A stretch of DNA of 55,783 bases from Nitrososphaeria archaeon (GTDB lineage: Archaea; Thermoproteota; Nitrososphaeria; Nitrososphaerales; Nitrosopumilaceae), in the NCBI GenBank assembly GCA_010028495.1, contig RHCX01000001.1, positions 1 to 55,783 on the forward strand, written 5' to 3'. Below, piece by piece: positions 46,736-55,783 of this stretch. Position 1 is the first letter of the stretch, and every line of letters starts with the position of its first letter. The notes beneath the pieces are model-generated. The model made no database searches. It saw only the letters and a list, made by a program, of their open reading frames with translations, and was not told the origin of the DNA. Position numbers and translations under genes: made by a program.

Positions 46736-48004
46736 CTATATCGTTGCGATTTTTGCCCCGACTCGGTTCATGTCGGAGACAAAACTTGGATATGATACAT
46801 CTACAGACTCTGGGTCTGTCACGGTACAACCTCCAACATACATACCTGCAATGCAAAATGCCATGAATAATCTGTGGTCGTCTTCAGAGTTGAGCTCTGC
46901 CCCGTGCAATTCTTTTGGAGGATTGATTATCATGCCATCCTCTTTTTCGGTTATCTCCAGCCCGAGCTTTGTCAATTCTCTAACCAAAATCGCAATTCTG
47001 TCTGTCTCTTTGAATCTTGCATGCTTTACATTGTGTAGATCCAGTGGGAATCCACATTTTATTCCAAGAATTGCAAGCGGCGGCAACAAATCTGGCGTAT
47101 TGGATAGATCAAATTTACCGCCAAGCAGTTTTTCTGGAGATTCCACCGCTATGGTGTTGTTGTTTAACGATACATTTACTCCCATCTTTCCTAAAATATC
47201 TAAAATTGCTTCATCGCCTTGTGCTAAATCACCAATTGAGATTTTGACTTTGAGCTTTTCTCCAACTAGGACAGCTGCAGACAATAACAATGCAACACTA
47301 GAAAAATCAGACGGTATGGTGATTGTTCCATGTTTGTATTCTTGTGGGGCGATGTAGTATTTTTTGTAAGGCGTTTTAACATCAACGTCAACGTCAAATT
47401 TTTTCATCGTAGATATTGTTGCATCCAAGTATGGCTTTGATACCAATTCAGATGAAATATTGATTGTAATTCCGTTTTCTGTAAGCGGTGCTGCGATAAA
47501 TAACGCGGAAATGAATTGGCTGGAAACGTTTCCAGGTATTGATATTTCTCCACCTTTGATTTTTCCTGTTATTTCTAATGGGGGCTTGCCGTCATTTGAT
47601 GAGCATTTTGCACCAAGCAATTCTAATGCGTCAAGCAACGGTTTCATTGGGCGCTTTCTGAGTGATTCGTCTCCTGTCAGAATAGTTTTTCCGTCGCGCA
47701 ATGAAGAAATTGCCGCAGCTATTCGAATGGTAGTTCCTGAATTTGATGCGTCAACTGTCAATTCCTCGCCTTCGAATTTTGAGATTCCTTTTACCTTGAG
47801 GTTTGTTCCTGCCTCTGTTATCTCCGCGCCTAGGCTTTTGCAGATCTCAATTGTTGCGTTTGTATCTCTGGAGCGTAGCACGTTTTTGACTAGGCTTTTT
47901 CCGTTTACCAGAGAAGCCAAAAAGATTGCCCGATGAGTGTAGCTTTTGTTGGATGGGCATGTTATGGTGCCTGCAAGCCTGGACTGATCTACCTTACACT
48001 TCAT
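46736..48004 (-). CDS. aroA: EPSP synthase (3-phosphoshikimate 1-carboxyvinyltransferase)
   Basis: KSYTHR, NSGTT.R, SSQFISA, R.KETDR, DHR. Confidence 0.96.
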   Translation of the reverse strand: MKCKVDQSRLAGTITCPSNKSYTHRAIFLASLVNGKSLVKNVLRSRDTNATIEICKSLGAEITEAGTNLKVKGISKFEGEELTVDASNSGTTIRIAAAISSLRDGKTILTGDESLRKRPMKPLLDALELLGAKCSSNDGKPPLEITGKIKGGEISIPGNVSSQFISALFIAAPLTENGITINISSELVSKPYLDATISTMKKFDVDVDVKTPYKKYYIAPQEYKHGTITIPSDFSSVALLLSAAVLVGEKLKVKISIGDLAQGDEAILDILGKMGVNVSLNNNTIAVESPEKLLGGKFDLSNTPDLLPPLAILGIKCGFPLDLHNVKHARFKETDRIAILVRELTKLGLEITEKEDGMIINPPKELHGAELNSEDDHRLFMAFCIAGMYVGGCTVTDPESVDVSYPSFVSDMNRVGAKIATI

Positions 48005-48845
48005 GTACTTCGGCCCGCTTGTTGTTTATCTCTGCAACCATTGCTGTTCCTTCGTACTCTGAGAAGACCTTTTTTATTTTTGATGTGTTGTCTTTTTTTA
48101 CAATGGCCGCAATGGATGGTCCATTTCCTGATACGGATGCGCCTAATGCACCGTTTTCAATTAATGCCGAGATTATTTTTGGATCAGAATTCAAAACAGC
48201 GGACGTTGCATAGCCGTTCAGAGTCATTGCATTCCAATAGTCGCCTGTCTTTGCAAAACTCCAAGCTCTATCAAATATTGTTTCTAAAACCTTGAGCTGC
48301 TTGATGTTTCCTCTTTTTCTTGATTTTGGAACAAAAACTACGGCAGCTAGACTGGTTGGAATTTTGTCTGATTTTATTATCTTGCGCGTCTTGTTGTCCG
48401 TTACCTGAATTCCTCCAAAATAACAGGCACATGCGTCATCGAACGCTCCAGTCATGCTGACCTTGGTTGCAAGAGATGCGTCGATTCCTGCGTACAAAAC
48501 CGAATTGTCGGTGTAATTTGGCTTGAATAATTTGTGACATGCCAGTGATATTACTGAAGAAATGGCGCTGGAGCTTTTCAGACCATATCCTGTAGGGATT
48601 TCGGATTTTAGCTGAATCTCTATTTTGTTTTTTTCCAGCTCTTTTTTTGGTACAGCAAACTCTACTACCTTGTTTACAAGGCGTGAACTCATGTTTTGAT
48701 TATCCAATTCCAAGATGATGCCTTTTCCTTCTGTAGCAGACACTGTTGCCTCTACCTTGGATGATATTCCAAGCGTTGCACCCTTCCACGTTGCTATGGC
48801 GTTTACAATGGATATTGCACCGTTTACAGTTGCCTTTACTTTCAT
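47994..48845 (-). CDS. aroK: Archaeal (GHMP-type) shikimate kinase
   Basis: AISIVNAIA, IP.G.GLKSSSA, TGAFDDA, SGNGPS. Confidence 0.94.
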   Translation of the reverse strand: MKVKATVNGAISIVNAIATWKGATLGISSKVEATVSATEGKGIILELDNQNMSSRLVNKVVEFAVPKKELEKNKIEIQLKSEIPTGYGLKSSSAISSVISLACHKLFKPNYTDNSVLYAGIDASLATKVSMTGAFDDACACYFGGIQVTDNKTRKIIKSDKIPTSLAAVVFVPKSRKRGNIKQLKVLETIFDRAWSFAKTGDYWNAMTLNGYATSAVLNSDPKIISALIENGALGASVSGNGPSIAAIVKKDNTSKIKKVFSEYEGTAMVAEINNKRAEVHEV

Positions 48846-49661
48846 CTAAAATCCTCCAAGCAAGACCTTTTTCATTGCCTCGTACGGTGCCTGGGTTTTA
48901 TGCCATATTTGAAATGCGAGGACTGCTTGGCCAAGCAACATTTCATACCCGTAGATTATTGTGGCGGAATTTTTCTTGCTTTGTGTAATGAAATCTGTGC
49001 TCATTGGCATGTAAATGATGTCATACACGACATGGTTTGAGTTTATTGAATTTGTAGAAATGGGGCTAGGTTCATTTTTGAGGCCAACTGATGTTGCGTT
49101 TATGATGAATTTGTATTTTGATGTGTCAACGTTGTTTAATGTTGTATGATCAGACTCTGCACCTAATGAGGATGCGAATTTTGATAATTCACGTGCTTTA
49201 TTTTCGGTTCTGTTTGCGATTGTAATTTTTCTTGCCTTTTCCTTTGCAAATCCTGCAACTATTGCTCTTGCAGCACCGCCAGAACCCAAAACCAAAACTG
49301 ATTCCCCAGAAATCCCAATGTTTCTTTTTTTGATTGGCTCTAAAAATCCATCCATATCTGTGTTGTATCCTACGAATCTACCGTTTTCATTAGATACTGT
49401 GTTTGTCGCACCAATTGTCTTGCATTCTGGTGATGCCTCATCCAAGTATTGCATCATCTCTATTTTGTGAGGAATTGTAACGTTGAATCCTGAAATCTTG
49501 ATTTGTCGCAGTGATTCTATTCCTTCTCCAAGCTCTCCTCTTGGAATTCTATATGCAATGTATGTGCAGTCAAGGTTTAGTGCCTTGAAAGCCGCATTGT
49601 GAATGCTAGGAGATAAAGAATGCTCTATTGGATCTCCGATCACTGCAAATGTCTTGACCAT
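48846..49661 (-). CDS. aroE: Shikimate dehydrogenase
   Basis: GDPIEHSLSP, NVTIPHK, NTD, GSGGAARA, NAT. Confidence 0.96.
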   Translation of the reverse strand: MVKTFAVIGDPIEHSLSPSIHNAAFKALNLDCTYIAYRIPRGELGEGIESLRQIKISGFNVTIPHKIEMMQYLDEASPECKTIGATNTVSNENGRFVGYNTDMDGFLEPIKKRNIGISGESVLVLGSGGAARAIVAGFAKEKARKITIANRTENKARELSKFASSLGAESDHTTLNNVDTSKYKFIINATSVGLKNEPSPISTNSINSNHVVYDIIYMPMSTDFITQSKKNSATIIYGYEMLLGQAVLAFQIWHKTQAPYEAMKKVLLGGF

Positions 49662-49663
49662 TG

Positions 49664-50329
49664 TTATCTCTGCAGGTTTTGGAGCGATTTAATCTCATCT
49701 AAGCTAAACTGGCCTGGGGCCACTGGCTTGCCTAATGAGACATATGTGTATGGTGCGCCAAGATGGAGGCACAAGATTCTAGAGATTCTACCAAAATCGC
49801 CCATCGCAAACGCAATTAATCCATTACCTTGTTTTTTGTACAATGACAAAACAACTGCGGTGTCTTTAGTTGATTTTGCAGTAGTTACTATTTTGACATT
49901 GTTTGAGACTTTTTTCATCTGCTGATGTTTTTGGTATAGCATAGCTGCTGTTGGCGTTTTTGTAAAATCATGCCATGATACTAGAATCTCTGTCTTTGTT
50001 TTTTTGATATATCTAATGAGATCATTGTTCTTTGATGCAGAAAATTCCACATCGATGAAAAATGGATTATACTCGGATAATAGCTTCAGAATCGATAGTC
50101 GTTCTTTTTCTGTCCCAGGAAATTTTCCTCCCTGTGTTATTGGTCTGAGCGTGAAAACGCATCTTTTGTGGTACTTTTTTGTGATTTGCAGTGTTTTTGG
50201 AATCTCTTTTGGCATCAAAAAATCAAATCTAATCTCCGCATAGTCTGATTTTTTGAGTGCTGTCTTTAGTGTGGATAATACTTTGGCCGGTGTTGTCTCT
50301 GCAATGCTGACACAAGTCTTGTATGGCAT
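49664..50329 (-). CDS. aroD: Type I 3-dehydroquinate dehydratase
   Basis: EIRFD, SWHDF..TP, KIV, MG..G..SR, APGQ. Confidence 0.94.
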   Translation of the reverse strand: MPYKTCVSIAETTPAKVLSTLKTALKKSDYAEIRFDFLMPKEIPKTLQITKKYHKRCVFTLRPITQGGKFPGTEKERLSILKLLSEYNPFFIDVEFSASKNNDLIRYIKKTKTEILVSWHDFTKTPTAAMLYQKHQQMKKVSNNVKIVTTAKSTKDTAVVLSLYKKQGNGLIAFAMGDFGRISRILCLHLGAPYTYVSLGKPVAPGQFSLDEIKSLQNLQR

Positions 50330-51384
50330 TATTTTTCTAAAATGTACTCGTCTGCTACTTCCATGCCAAAGTGTCTGCCTGTTGCACCTTTTGCATGAAC
50401 TAGGACAGTGTCGCCTTTTTTGAGGTGAGTAACAGAAACTAGGTGTCCGTCCGGCTTTACAAATCGAATCGTCTCTGCGTCCTGCGCTATGATTCCGCCT
50501 ACTTCGTCACCTACTTGGGCTTTTATCATTAACATCGGACGTCTTTCAATTTTAGAGCGACCTACAGTCGCACGTCTTGCCTTTCCATGTGCATTGATGA
50601 CTAGTACCTCAGCACCTGTCTCCAATTCTGAGAGATATTTTGTTGTGCCGTCTGGAGATATTGTATAGCAATGGACAGCTCCAGCATTAACTCGGAACGG
50701 CCTTGGCGATGTAAATGATGATCCGACTGATTCATTGTGTACCAAAAACAAAAAGTTTGATCTAGAGCCAATTAACATTCCCTCGCCTTTGTGCAACATT
50801 GATGCAGTGTCTACGCAGACTCGCTCACCATCGCCGACCTCTTTGATGTCGATGATCTGCGCCTTTACCATCTCAAAGGTTGATGAACCAAGGTACACCA
50901 TCGCCTCTTTTACTTCGGATATACTTGATGCCTCGAATATGACTCCGTCGACTCCTATCTCTAGAATTGAAAACATTTTGCGCACTTCTTCTGGGGTTCT
51001 TGCCAATGCAAAAATCTGTGTATGGATTTTGTGCAACTTTGCAATAATATTCTCGAGTGGAATTATTTTCCAGTCTGCTACTTCTATTATGACAAAGTCA
51101 AGGCCTTTTTTTGCCTCGGAAAATATTTTTTCTATGTCGTTATTTGATAAGACCTTGAATCGCTTTCCTACCTTTTTGCCCTTTGGCTTTTGCGTGTCTT
51201 TTTCTAGTACCACTAGTTTTGCGGCATTAGATGGGTAAATCGTGGATAACTTTGATTTTGGAGGAATCGCCTTTGGGTCTGCGTATACTGTTTTGATGCC
51301 TTCTGCTTCTAGTATGGTTAGGAATTTTGCCAGTCCTGACTTGCCAGTCTTTGGCAAGATGACTAGTTCTCTATTTTTTTGCAA
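50329..51384 (-). CDS. aroB': 3-dehydroquinate synthase II (AroB')
   Basis: WKIIPLEN, RVCVDT, RPFRVNAGAVH, KIERRP, RHFG. Confidence 0.94.
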   Translation of the reverse strand: MQKNRELVILPKTGKSGLAKFLTILEAEGIKTVYADPKAIPPKSKLSTIYPSNAAKLVVLEKDTQKPKGKKVGKRFKVLSNNDIEKIFSEAKKGLDFVIIEVADWKIIPLENIIAKLHKIHTQIFALARTPEEVRKMFSILEIGVDGVIFEASSISEVKEAMVYLGSSTFEMVKAQIIDIKEVGDGERVCVDTASMLHKGEGMLIGSRSNFLFLVHNESVGSSFTSPRPFRVNAGAVHCYTISPDGTTKYLSELETGAEVLVINAHGKARRATVGRSKIERRPMLMIKAQVGDEVGGIIAQDAETIRFVKPDGHLVSVTHLKKGDTVLVHAKGATGRHFGMEVADEYILEK

Positions 51385-52159
51385 GTCTTTTTGCTGCTTC
51401 TTTTGCAGTTTCCCTTCTGAATATTATTCCAGCTAGTGCGTCGACTATTTTGTCTGGGTTTTTGTGTGCAAAAATATTACGCCCATATGTCACGCCTTTG
51501 GCTCCTGCTTTCATGATATCCTCAGTCATCTGCAAGACATCCTCGTCTGTCTTTGCCTTTGGACCGCCTGCAACTACTACTGGAACTGGTGTGCTCTTTA
51601 CAATTTTTGCAAACGAGTCGATATCTCCGGTGTATAGTGTTTTAACAATATCTGCGCCAAGCTCGGCGCCAATTCTGGCTACGTGACCAACTACTTCTGG
51701 ATCATGTGGATTCTTGACATTTTCGCCCCTTGGATACATCATTGCCAATAACGGCATGTTCCACTTGTGGCATTCTGTAGCAGTTAGTCCTAATTGCTCT
51801 AGCATCTCTGGTTCTTCCTTTCCACCAACATTGATGTGCAATGACACTCCGTCTGCACCTAGTCTGAGTGCTTCTTCTACTGTTCCTGAGAGCATCTTTC
51901 TGTTTGGCGACATGGAAAGCGATGTACTTGATGAATAATGAACTAAGACTCCTACTCGTGTTGGCTTTGGTAACGTTTTGAGAATTCCTTTGTTGATTAT
52001 TACACTGGTCAAGCCCTTTGTTTCACACTGTGCGATTACATTTGCTGGACTTTCTAGGCCCTCGATTGGACCACTTGATATTCCATGATCCATTGGGATG
52101 CAAAGCATTTTGCCTTTGCGCAAAATTCTATCCATTCTGATTTGTAGGCCTGAGACCAT
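51371..52159 (-). CDS. aroA': 2-amino-3,7-dideoxy-D-threo-hept-6-ulosonate synthase (AroA', DhnA-type aldolase)
   Basis: PMDHG, MYPRG, ELGADIVKT, AGGPK, GRN; first gene of the aro operon. Confidence 0.9.
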   Translation of the reverse strand: MVSGLQIRMDRILRKGKMLCIPMDHGISSGPIEGLESPANVIAQCETKGLTSVIINKGILKTLPKPTRVGVLVHYSSSTSLSMSPNRKMLSGTVEEALRLGADGVSLHINVGGKEEPEMLEQLGLTATECHKWNMPLLAMMYPRGENVKNPHDPEVVGHVARIGAELGADIVKTLYTGDIDSFAKIVKSTPVPVVVAGGPKAKTDEDVLQMTEDIMKAGAKGVTYGRNIFAHKNPDKIVDALAGIIFRRETAKEAAKRLAKK

Positions 52160-52259
52160 GGCGGATCTCGCCTGTCTGCCCTAATTAAAAATAGCGTGGT
52201 GTTTGGTTTTGTTTTAGCCTAGTCAGGATTAAATAAGATAGCACGGCCACCAAAGGCAC

Positions 52260-53378
52260 TTGAGCCAAATCACACAACAAATGCATTCAAGCCAAATCAG
52301 TGACATTTTAGAAAACGCATTGCGAGGTGTACGACCAACAAAATCCGATATTTTGCGACTGCTAAAATCAGATGATGTGCACCTGATGGGCTTGGTTGCA
52401 GGGGACTTGACTCGAAAAAGATTTGGCAAAAAGGCCTCATTTGTGAATAATATAATTCTGAATTACACCAACGTCTGCGTTACCGACTGCAAGTTTTGTG
52501 CATTTTACCGCTCGCCTGGAGACGAGGAATCCTACACTTTATCGCTAGACCAGATTGAAGCCCGCGTCAAAACCGCATGGGACATGTTCAAAATAAGACA
52601 GGTCTTGATCCAAGGCGGACACAATCCTACACTTGGCATAGAATACTATGAGGATGCGTTCAGAATGATTCGCAAAAAATTCCCGCAAGTTGGAGTTCAT
52701 GGCTTGTCTGCATCGGAAATAGACATGATATCAAGAATAGAAAAGACTTCAACCAAAGAAGTCATTGCAAGACTAAAGGAGGCAGGACTGCAATCCGTTC
52801 CTGGAGCAGGAGCTGAAATCCTAGTTGACTCTGTTAAAGACGTAATCAGTCCAAAAAAGATCTCATCTGCTGACTGGCTAAGAATTATGGAAGAAGCACA
52901 TACCGCTGGACTGCCAGCATCTGCCACAATGATGTATGGACATGTAGAGTCAATGGATGACGTTGCAGATCATTTTGATAAAATAATCCAATTACAGCAA
53001 AAGACAAGTGGATTCATGGCTTTCATCCCGTGGAACTTTGAGCCAAACAACACTCTGATGCAAAAGGAAAATCTGGTAACATATGGTGTTGGCGGAATGC
53101 ACTTGCTCAAAATGATTGCAATTTCTCGACTGGTGTTTGATGGAATGATAAACCACATCCAGTCTTCATGGCTGACAAACGGTGTCGGCATGGCACAAAT
53201 CGCACTACAATACGGAGCAGATGACTTTGGAGGCACCCTAATTGGTGAAGAGGTTGTATCATGCACTGGTGCACGTTCTACAGAACTCACGGGACAAAAA
53301 ATAATCGACGCAATTCACCAAATTGGATATGCCGTAGAAGAGCGAGATAATTTCTATAATCTAGTCAGAATGCACTAG
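52260..53378 (+). CDS. mqnC: Radical SAM cyclic dehypoxanthine futalosine synthase (MqnC/CofH family)
   Basis: NYTNVCVTDCKFCAFYR, QGGHNP, PGAGAEIL, FIPW, QSSW, GADDFGGT. Confidence 0.85.
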   Translation: MSQITQQMHSSQISDILENALRGVRPTKSDILRLLKSDDVHLMGLVAGDLTRKRFGKKASFVNNIILNYTNVCVTDCKFCAFYRSPGDEESYTLSLDQIEARVKTAWDMFKIRQVLIQGGHNPTLGIEYYEDAFRMIRKKFPQVGVHGLSASEIDMISRIEKTSTKEVIARLKEAGLQSVPGAGAEILVDSVKDVISPKKISSADWLRIMEEAHTAGLPASATMMYGHVESMDDVADHFDKIIQLQQKTSGFMAFIPWNFEPNNTLMQKENLVTYGVGGMHLLKMIAISRLVFDGMINHIQSSWLTNGVGMAQIALQYGADDFGGTLIGEEVVSCTGARSTELTGQKIIDAIHQIGYAVEERDNFYNLVRMH

Positions 53379-54817
53379 AGTCCGTAACTTGACCATTTAG
53401 AGTCAACAAGATTCTTTGTGGGTTCATCAACTGCAACTTTTTCCTGAATCTCTCGCATAAATCCTTCCTCTTTGGTTTTCTGTGTGGCGTCAATTCCTAA
53501 CTTTGAGCCAAAATTCACCAATGGAGATGCTGGATCTAATGTATCTGTTGGCGTGTTGTTGATGATAACACAGTCGCGTGCAGCATCTGCCCGTGTTGTA
53601 ATTGCCCAGATCACATCATCAAAGTCATGAACATTGATGTCTTCGTCCACCACAATGAACATTTTTGTTAGTGCCAGCTGGCCCATGCCCCAAAGGCCCA
53701 TCATGACTTTTTTTGCCTGACCCGGATATCGTTTTTTGATGGAAATAATCGCCATTCCTTGGAACCATCCTGCAGCGGGCATTGCAAAGTCAACTACCTC
53801 TGGATGGAACATTCGAATAAGCGGCAGAAATGATCTCTCAATTACTTTGCCGACATAGGCGTCTTCTAGAATCGGCTTGCCGACTATTGTTGTCAGGTAA
53901 ATCGGCTTTTGTCTTCGCATTACTCCAGTTAGAGTAAATGTTGGATATGGCTCCACTGGAGTGTAATATCCAGTGTGATCCCCAAACGGACCCTCATCTC
54001 GAATATCTACTGGGTCGACATATCCCTCCAAAACAATTTCTGCATTTGCTGGAACTTCAAGATCCTGCGTTTTGCATTTTACCGTCTTGATTCCTTTTTG
54101 TCGTGTAATTCCTGCAAACAGATACTTGTCCAATCCCTCTGGAACAGGAGCTATTGCTGAAAACACTGTAGCTGGCTCTGCGCCAATGATTATTGCGGCC
54201 GGGATTTTCTCTCCTTTTTCTTTGGAGATATCTCCATGATGTGCACCACGCTTGTGTTTTTGCCAGTGCATCAACGCATGGGTATCATCTATAATTTGCA
54301 TTCTGTATACTCCGAGATTTCTAACTCCTGTCTCTGGATGCTTGGTTGCAACCAGTCCTAGTGTGATGAATCGACCTGCATCTTTGTGCCAGGTTTTAAG
54401 AATTGGAATTTTACTAAATGACGGTCGCTCTTCTGTTACTTCTGTCACAGGGCCTGATTTTTCTAATTTTGGAAAAACCTCACCCATTTTTGACAGCTCG
54501 GGAAGCTTTTTCATTTTATTCAAAAATCCAGACGGCACTTCCATTTTTGTCATGTCAACTATTCTTTGGCCGATATCAGTAAAGTCGTCCATCTCCAGTC
54601 CAAGCTGAAGTCTTTTGATGGAGCCAAACGCATTTCCCAGAACAGGCATATCAAAGCCTTTAACATTTTCAAACAATACTGCCGGACCATTAGAATACAT
54701 TATTCTGCGCAAAATCTCGGCAATCTCTAAATCTGAATCGACTTGGGTTTTTACTCGCTTTAACTCTCCTGCCTTTTCTAATACTGATACAAGCTCCGCT
54801 ATGTCCTCAATTGGCAT
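53375..54817 (-). CDS. ubiD: UbiD-family decarboxylase (menaquinone/futalosine pathway); probable ATG 54817
   Basis: RNLGVYRMQ, EGPFGDHTGYY, VVDEDI, D.LD, SKLGIDAT. Confidence 0.92.
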   Translation of the reverse strand: MPIEDIAELVSVLEKAGELKRVKTQVDSDLEIAEILRRIMYSNGPAVLFENVKGFDMPVLGNAFGSIKRLQLGLEMDDFTDIGQRIVDMTKMEVPSGFLNKMKKLPELSKMGEVFPKLEKSGPVTEVTEERPSFSKIPILKTWHKDAGRFITLGLVATKHPETGVRNLGVYRMQIIDDTHALMHWQKHKRGAHHGDISKEKGEKIPAAIIIGAEPATVFSAIAPVPEGLDKYLFAGITRQKGIKTVKCKTQDLEVPANAEIVLEGYVDPVDIRDEGPFGDHTGYYTPVEPYPTFTLTGVMRRQKPIYLTTIVGKPILEDAYVGKVIERSFLPLIRMFHPEVVDFAMPAAGWFQGMAIISIKKRYPGQAKKVMMGLWGMGQLALTKMFIVVDEDINVHDFDDVIWAITTRADAARDCVIINNTPTDTLDPASPLVNFGSKLGIDATQKTKEEGFMREIQEKVAVDEPTKNLVDSKWSSYGL

Positions 54818-54899
54818 TGCAGGGGCTTTGTCCAAATGTTGTATAAAGCTTGACTGTACCGACAAAGGCATTTTAATCAGCAAACTTGACTCAATCCAA

Positions 54900-55130
54900 T
54901 TGAGCGAACAAAAATGTCCCGTGTGTCAAGGTAAGGGTACGATAGAACTTCTTGGAACCCAGTGCCCATTCTGCAACGGCTCAGGGGAGCATACAAAATC
55001 TGCTGAGAGTTATCTCAAATCTCATATTTGTCAATGCATATTTTTGGATAGAAAGATGTGTCCTGTTTGCGGAAAGAAATGTCATCATGACACTCCAAAC
55101 AAACCAAAAATCCTCGTCGGTCCTGTGTAA
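54900..55130 (+). CDS. 76-aa Cys/His-rich zinc-finger protein (TTG start; 3' part of track ORF 54615..55130)
   Basis: CPVCQGKG..CPFCNGSG DnaJ-type repeats plus HICQC..CPVCGKKCHH. Confidence 0.75.
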   Translation: MSEQKCPVCQGKGTIELLGTQCPFCNGSGEHTKSAESYLKSHICQCIFLDRKMCPVCGKKCHHDTPNKPKILVGPV

Positions 55131-55508
55131 TTATTGAATTGGCGGAAGCTCGCTTTTTTTGCCGTGTCCACCAGATCCAAACTTGCAGTAAAAGCAAAGA
55201 TCAGATTGCATGTGGGTCAACTTTTCTATCTGGATGGCTCCTATCTTTAGTGCGATTTTGGTCAGAATTTTGTACTTGAATGGCATTGATGGAATGACCT
55301 CTTCGATGTAGACTTTGTAGTGCTCTGGACAGAATTTTAGCGTGACCTTGGTTGGTTCTTTTGATGTCTGGTTCACAGTCTTTGTAAAATTAATCTGCTC
55401 TCTGACGTATTCGTGCTTGGGACACGGACAGTCCTTTCCTCCAGGATGCTTGTATGCCGGAGTGTTCTTCCAGTCAAAGTCTGGGAACTCTTTTTCAAAA
55501 TCGTCCAA
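55131..55508 (-). CDS. Hypothetical protein with Cys/His clusters
   Basis: CPCPKH, FCPEH, CFYC. Confidence 0.72.
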   Translation of the reverse strand: MDDFEKEFPDFDWKNTPAYKHPGGKDCPCPKHEYVREQINFTKTVNQTSKEPTKVTLKFCPEHYKVYIEEVIPSMPFKYKILTKIALKIGAIQIEKLTHMQSDLCFYCKFGSGGHGKKSELPPIQ

Positions 55509-55605
55509 CGTACCGCTATAGCTTGACGATGGTATTAAATTTGATCCAGTCTGGCTTGGGATTCACCCAAATGTACATAAACCCCGCACAAGGCAACTAA
55601 ATTAC

Positions 55606-55783
55606 ATGTCTAGTGCTAAATCCACTAAAAAAGACTTGGAAGCAAAAATTGCAGAATTAGAAGAAAAACTTGCAAAATTAGCTACTCAAATCGAATCAGC
55701 ACCACAAGTTCAAACACCACCACCAGCACCAAAACCACAAGTTCAAACACCACCACCAGCACCAAAACCACAAGTTCAAACAC
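55606..55783 (+). CDS. Partial ORF: N-terminal coiled coil followed by Pro-rich repeats (runs off the window)
   Basis: MSSAKSTKKDLEAKIAELEEKLAKLATQIESAPQVQTPPPAPKPQVQTPPPAPKPQVQT..., no stop before the edge. Confidence 0.8.
   Translation, partial: MSSAKSTKKDLEAKIAELEEKLAKLATQIESAPQVQTPPPAPKPQVQTPPPAPKPQVQT
55701..55783 (+). repeat. Perfect 33-bp tandem repeat (at least 2.5 copies) encoding PQVQTPPPAPK
   Basis: ACCACAAGTTCAAACACCACCACCAGCACCAAA at 55701 and 55734, partial copy at 55767. Confidence 0.95.

Noticed and set aside
54615-54899. N-terminal extension of the 171-aa track ORF
   Set aside because: Antisense to the ubiD 5' region; the real gene most likely starts at TTG 54900
55058-55090. 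c-type heme-binding motif in CPVCGKKCHH
   Set aside because: Spacing is CxxxCH rather than CxxCH and there is no export signal; zinc binding is more likely
55701-55783. CRISPR array
   Set aside because: Repeats are contiguous with no spacers and in frame within a CDS; no cas genes

Overview
Core chromosomal segment of an ammonia-oxidising archaeon (Nitrososphaerota/Thaumarchaeota, Nitrosopumilaceae-like; inferred from gene content, archaeal information genes and many TTG/GTG starts with short leaders). In order: suf Fe-S operon (sufB-sufD-Rieske ferredoxin-sufS-sufU), pgk, SSB, intron-containing tRNA-Leu(CAA), tetrapyrrole genes (hemB, hemA, sirC/cysG-N, fused ahbAB, a ChdC-like protein), sufC, TFB-gar1-SRP19-S8e-scpAB, Zn-ADH, an atypical PII divergent from a DUF47-PiT phosphate operon, a small regulator/cupredoxin cluster, intron-containing tRNA-Tyr(GTA), eIF5A-dph6-srp54-pus10, S27ae/S24e, apgM, galT-like, GNA1 plus nucleotidyltransferase, thiDN/thiC, a complete archaeal shikimate operon, mqnC and ubiD. 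I found no transposase, integrase, CRISPR array or rRNA. Best signals absent from the ORF track: (1) a canonical C/D-box guide sRNA at 31025-31090 whose D guide predicts 2'-O-methylation of C34 in a CAT-anticodon tRNA; (2) a palindrome TTAAC-N3-GTTAA at the same 38-nt offset upstream of a DUF1059 microprotein gene and of a cupredoxin gene, suggesting a small regulon; (3) short genes missed by the track (40-aa C2H2 zinc finger, 54-aa DUF1059, S27ae); (4) a structured non-coding element just downstream of tRNA-Tyr. Family assignments come from motif recognition only; no database search was run.
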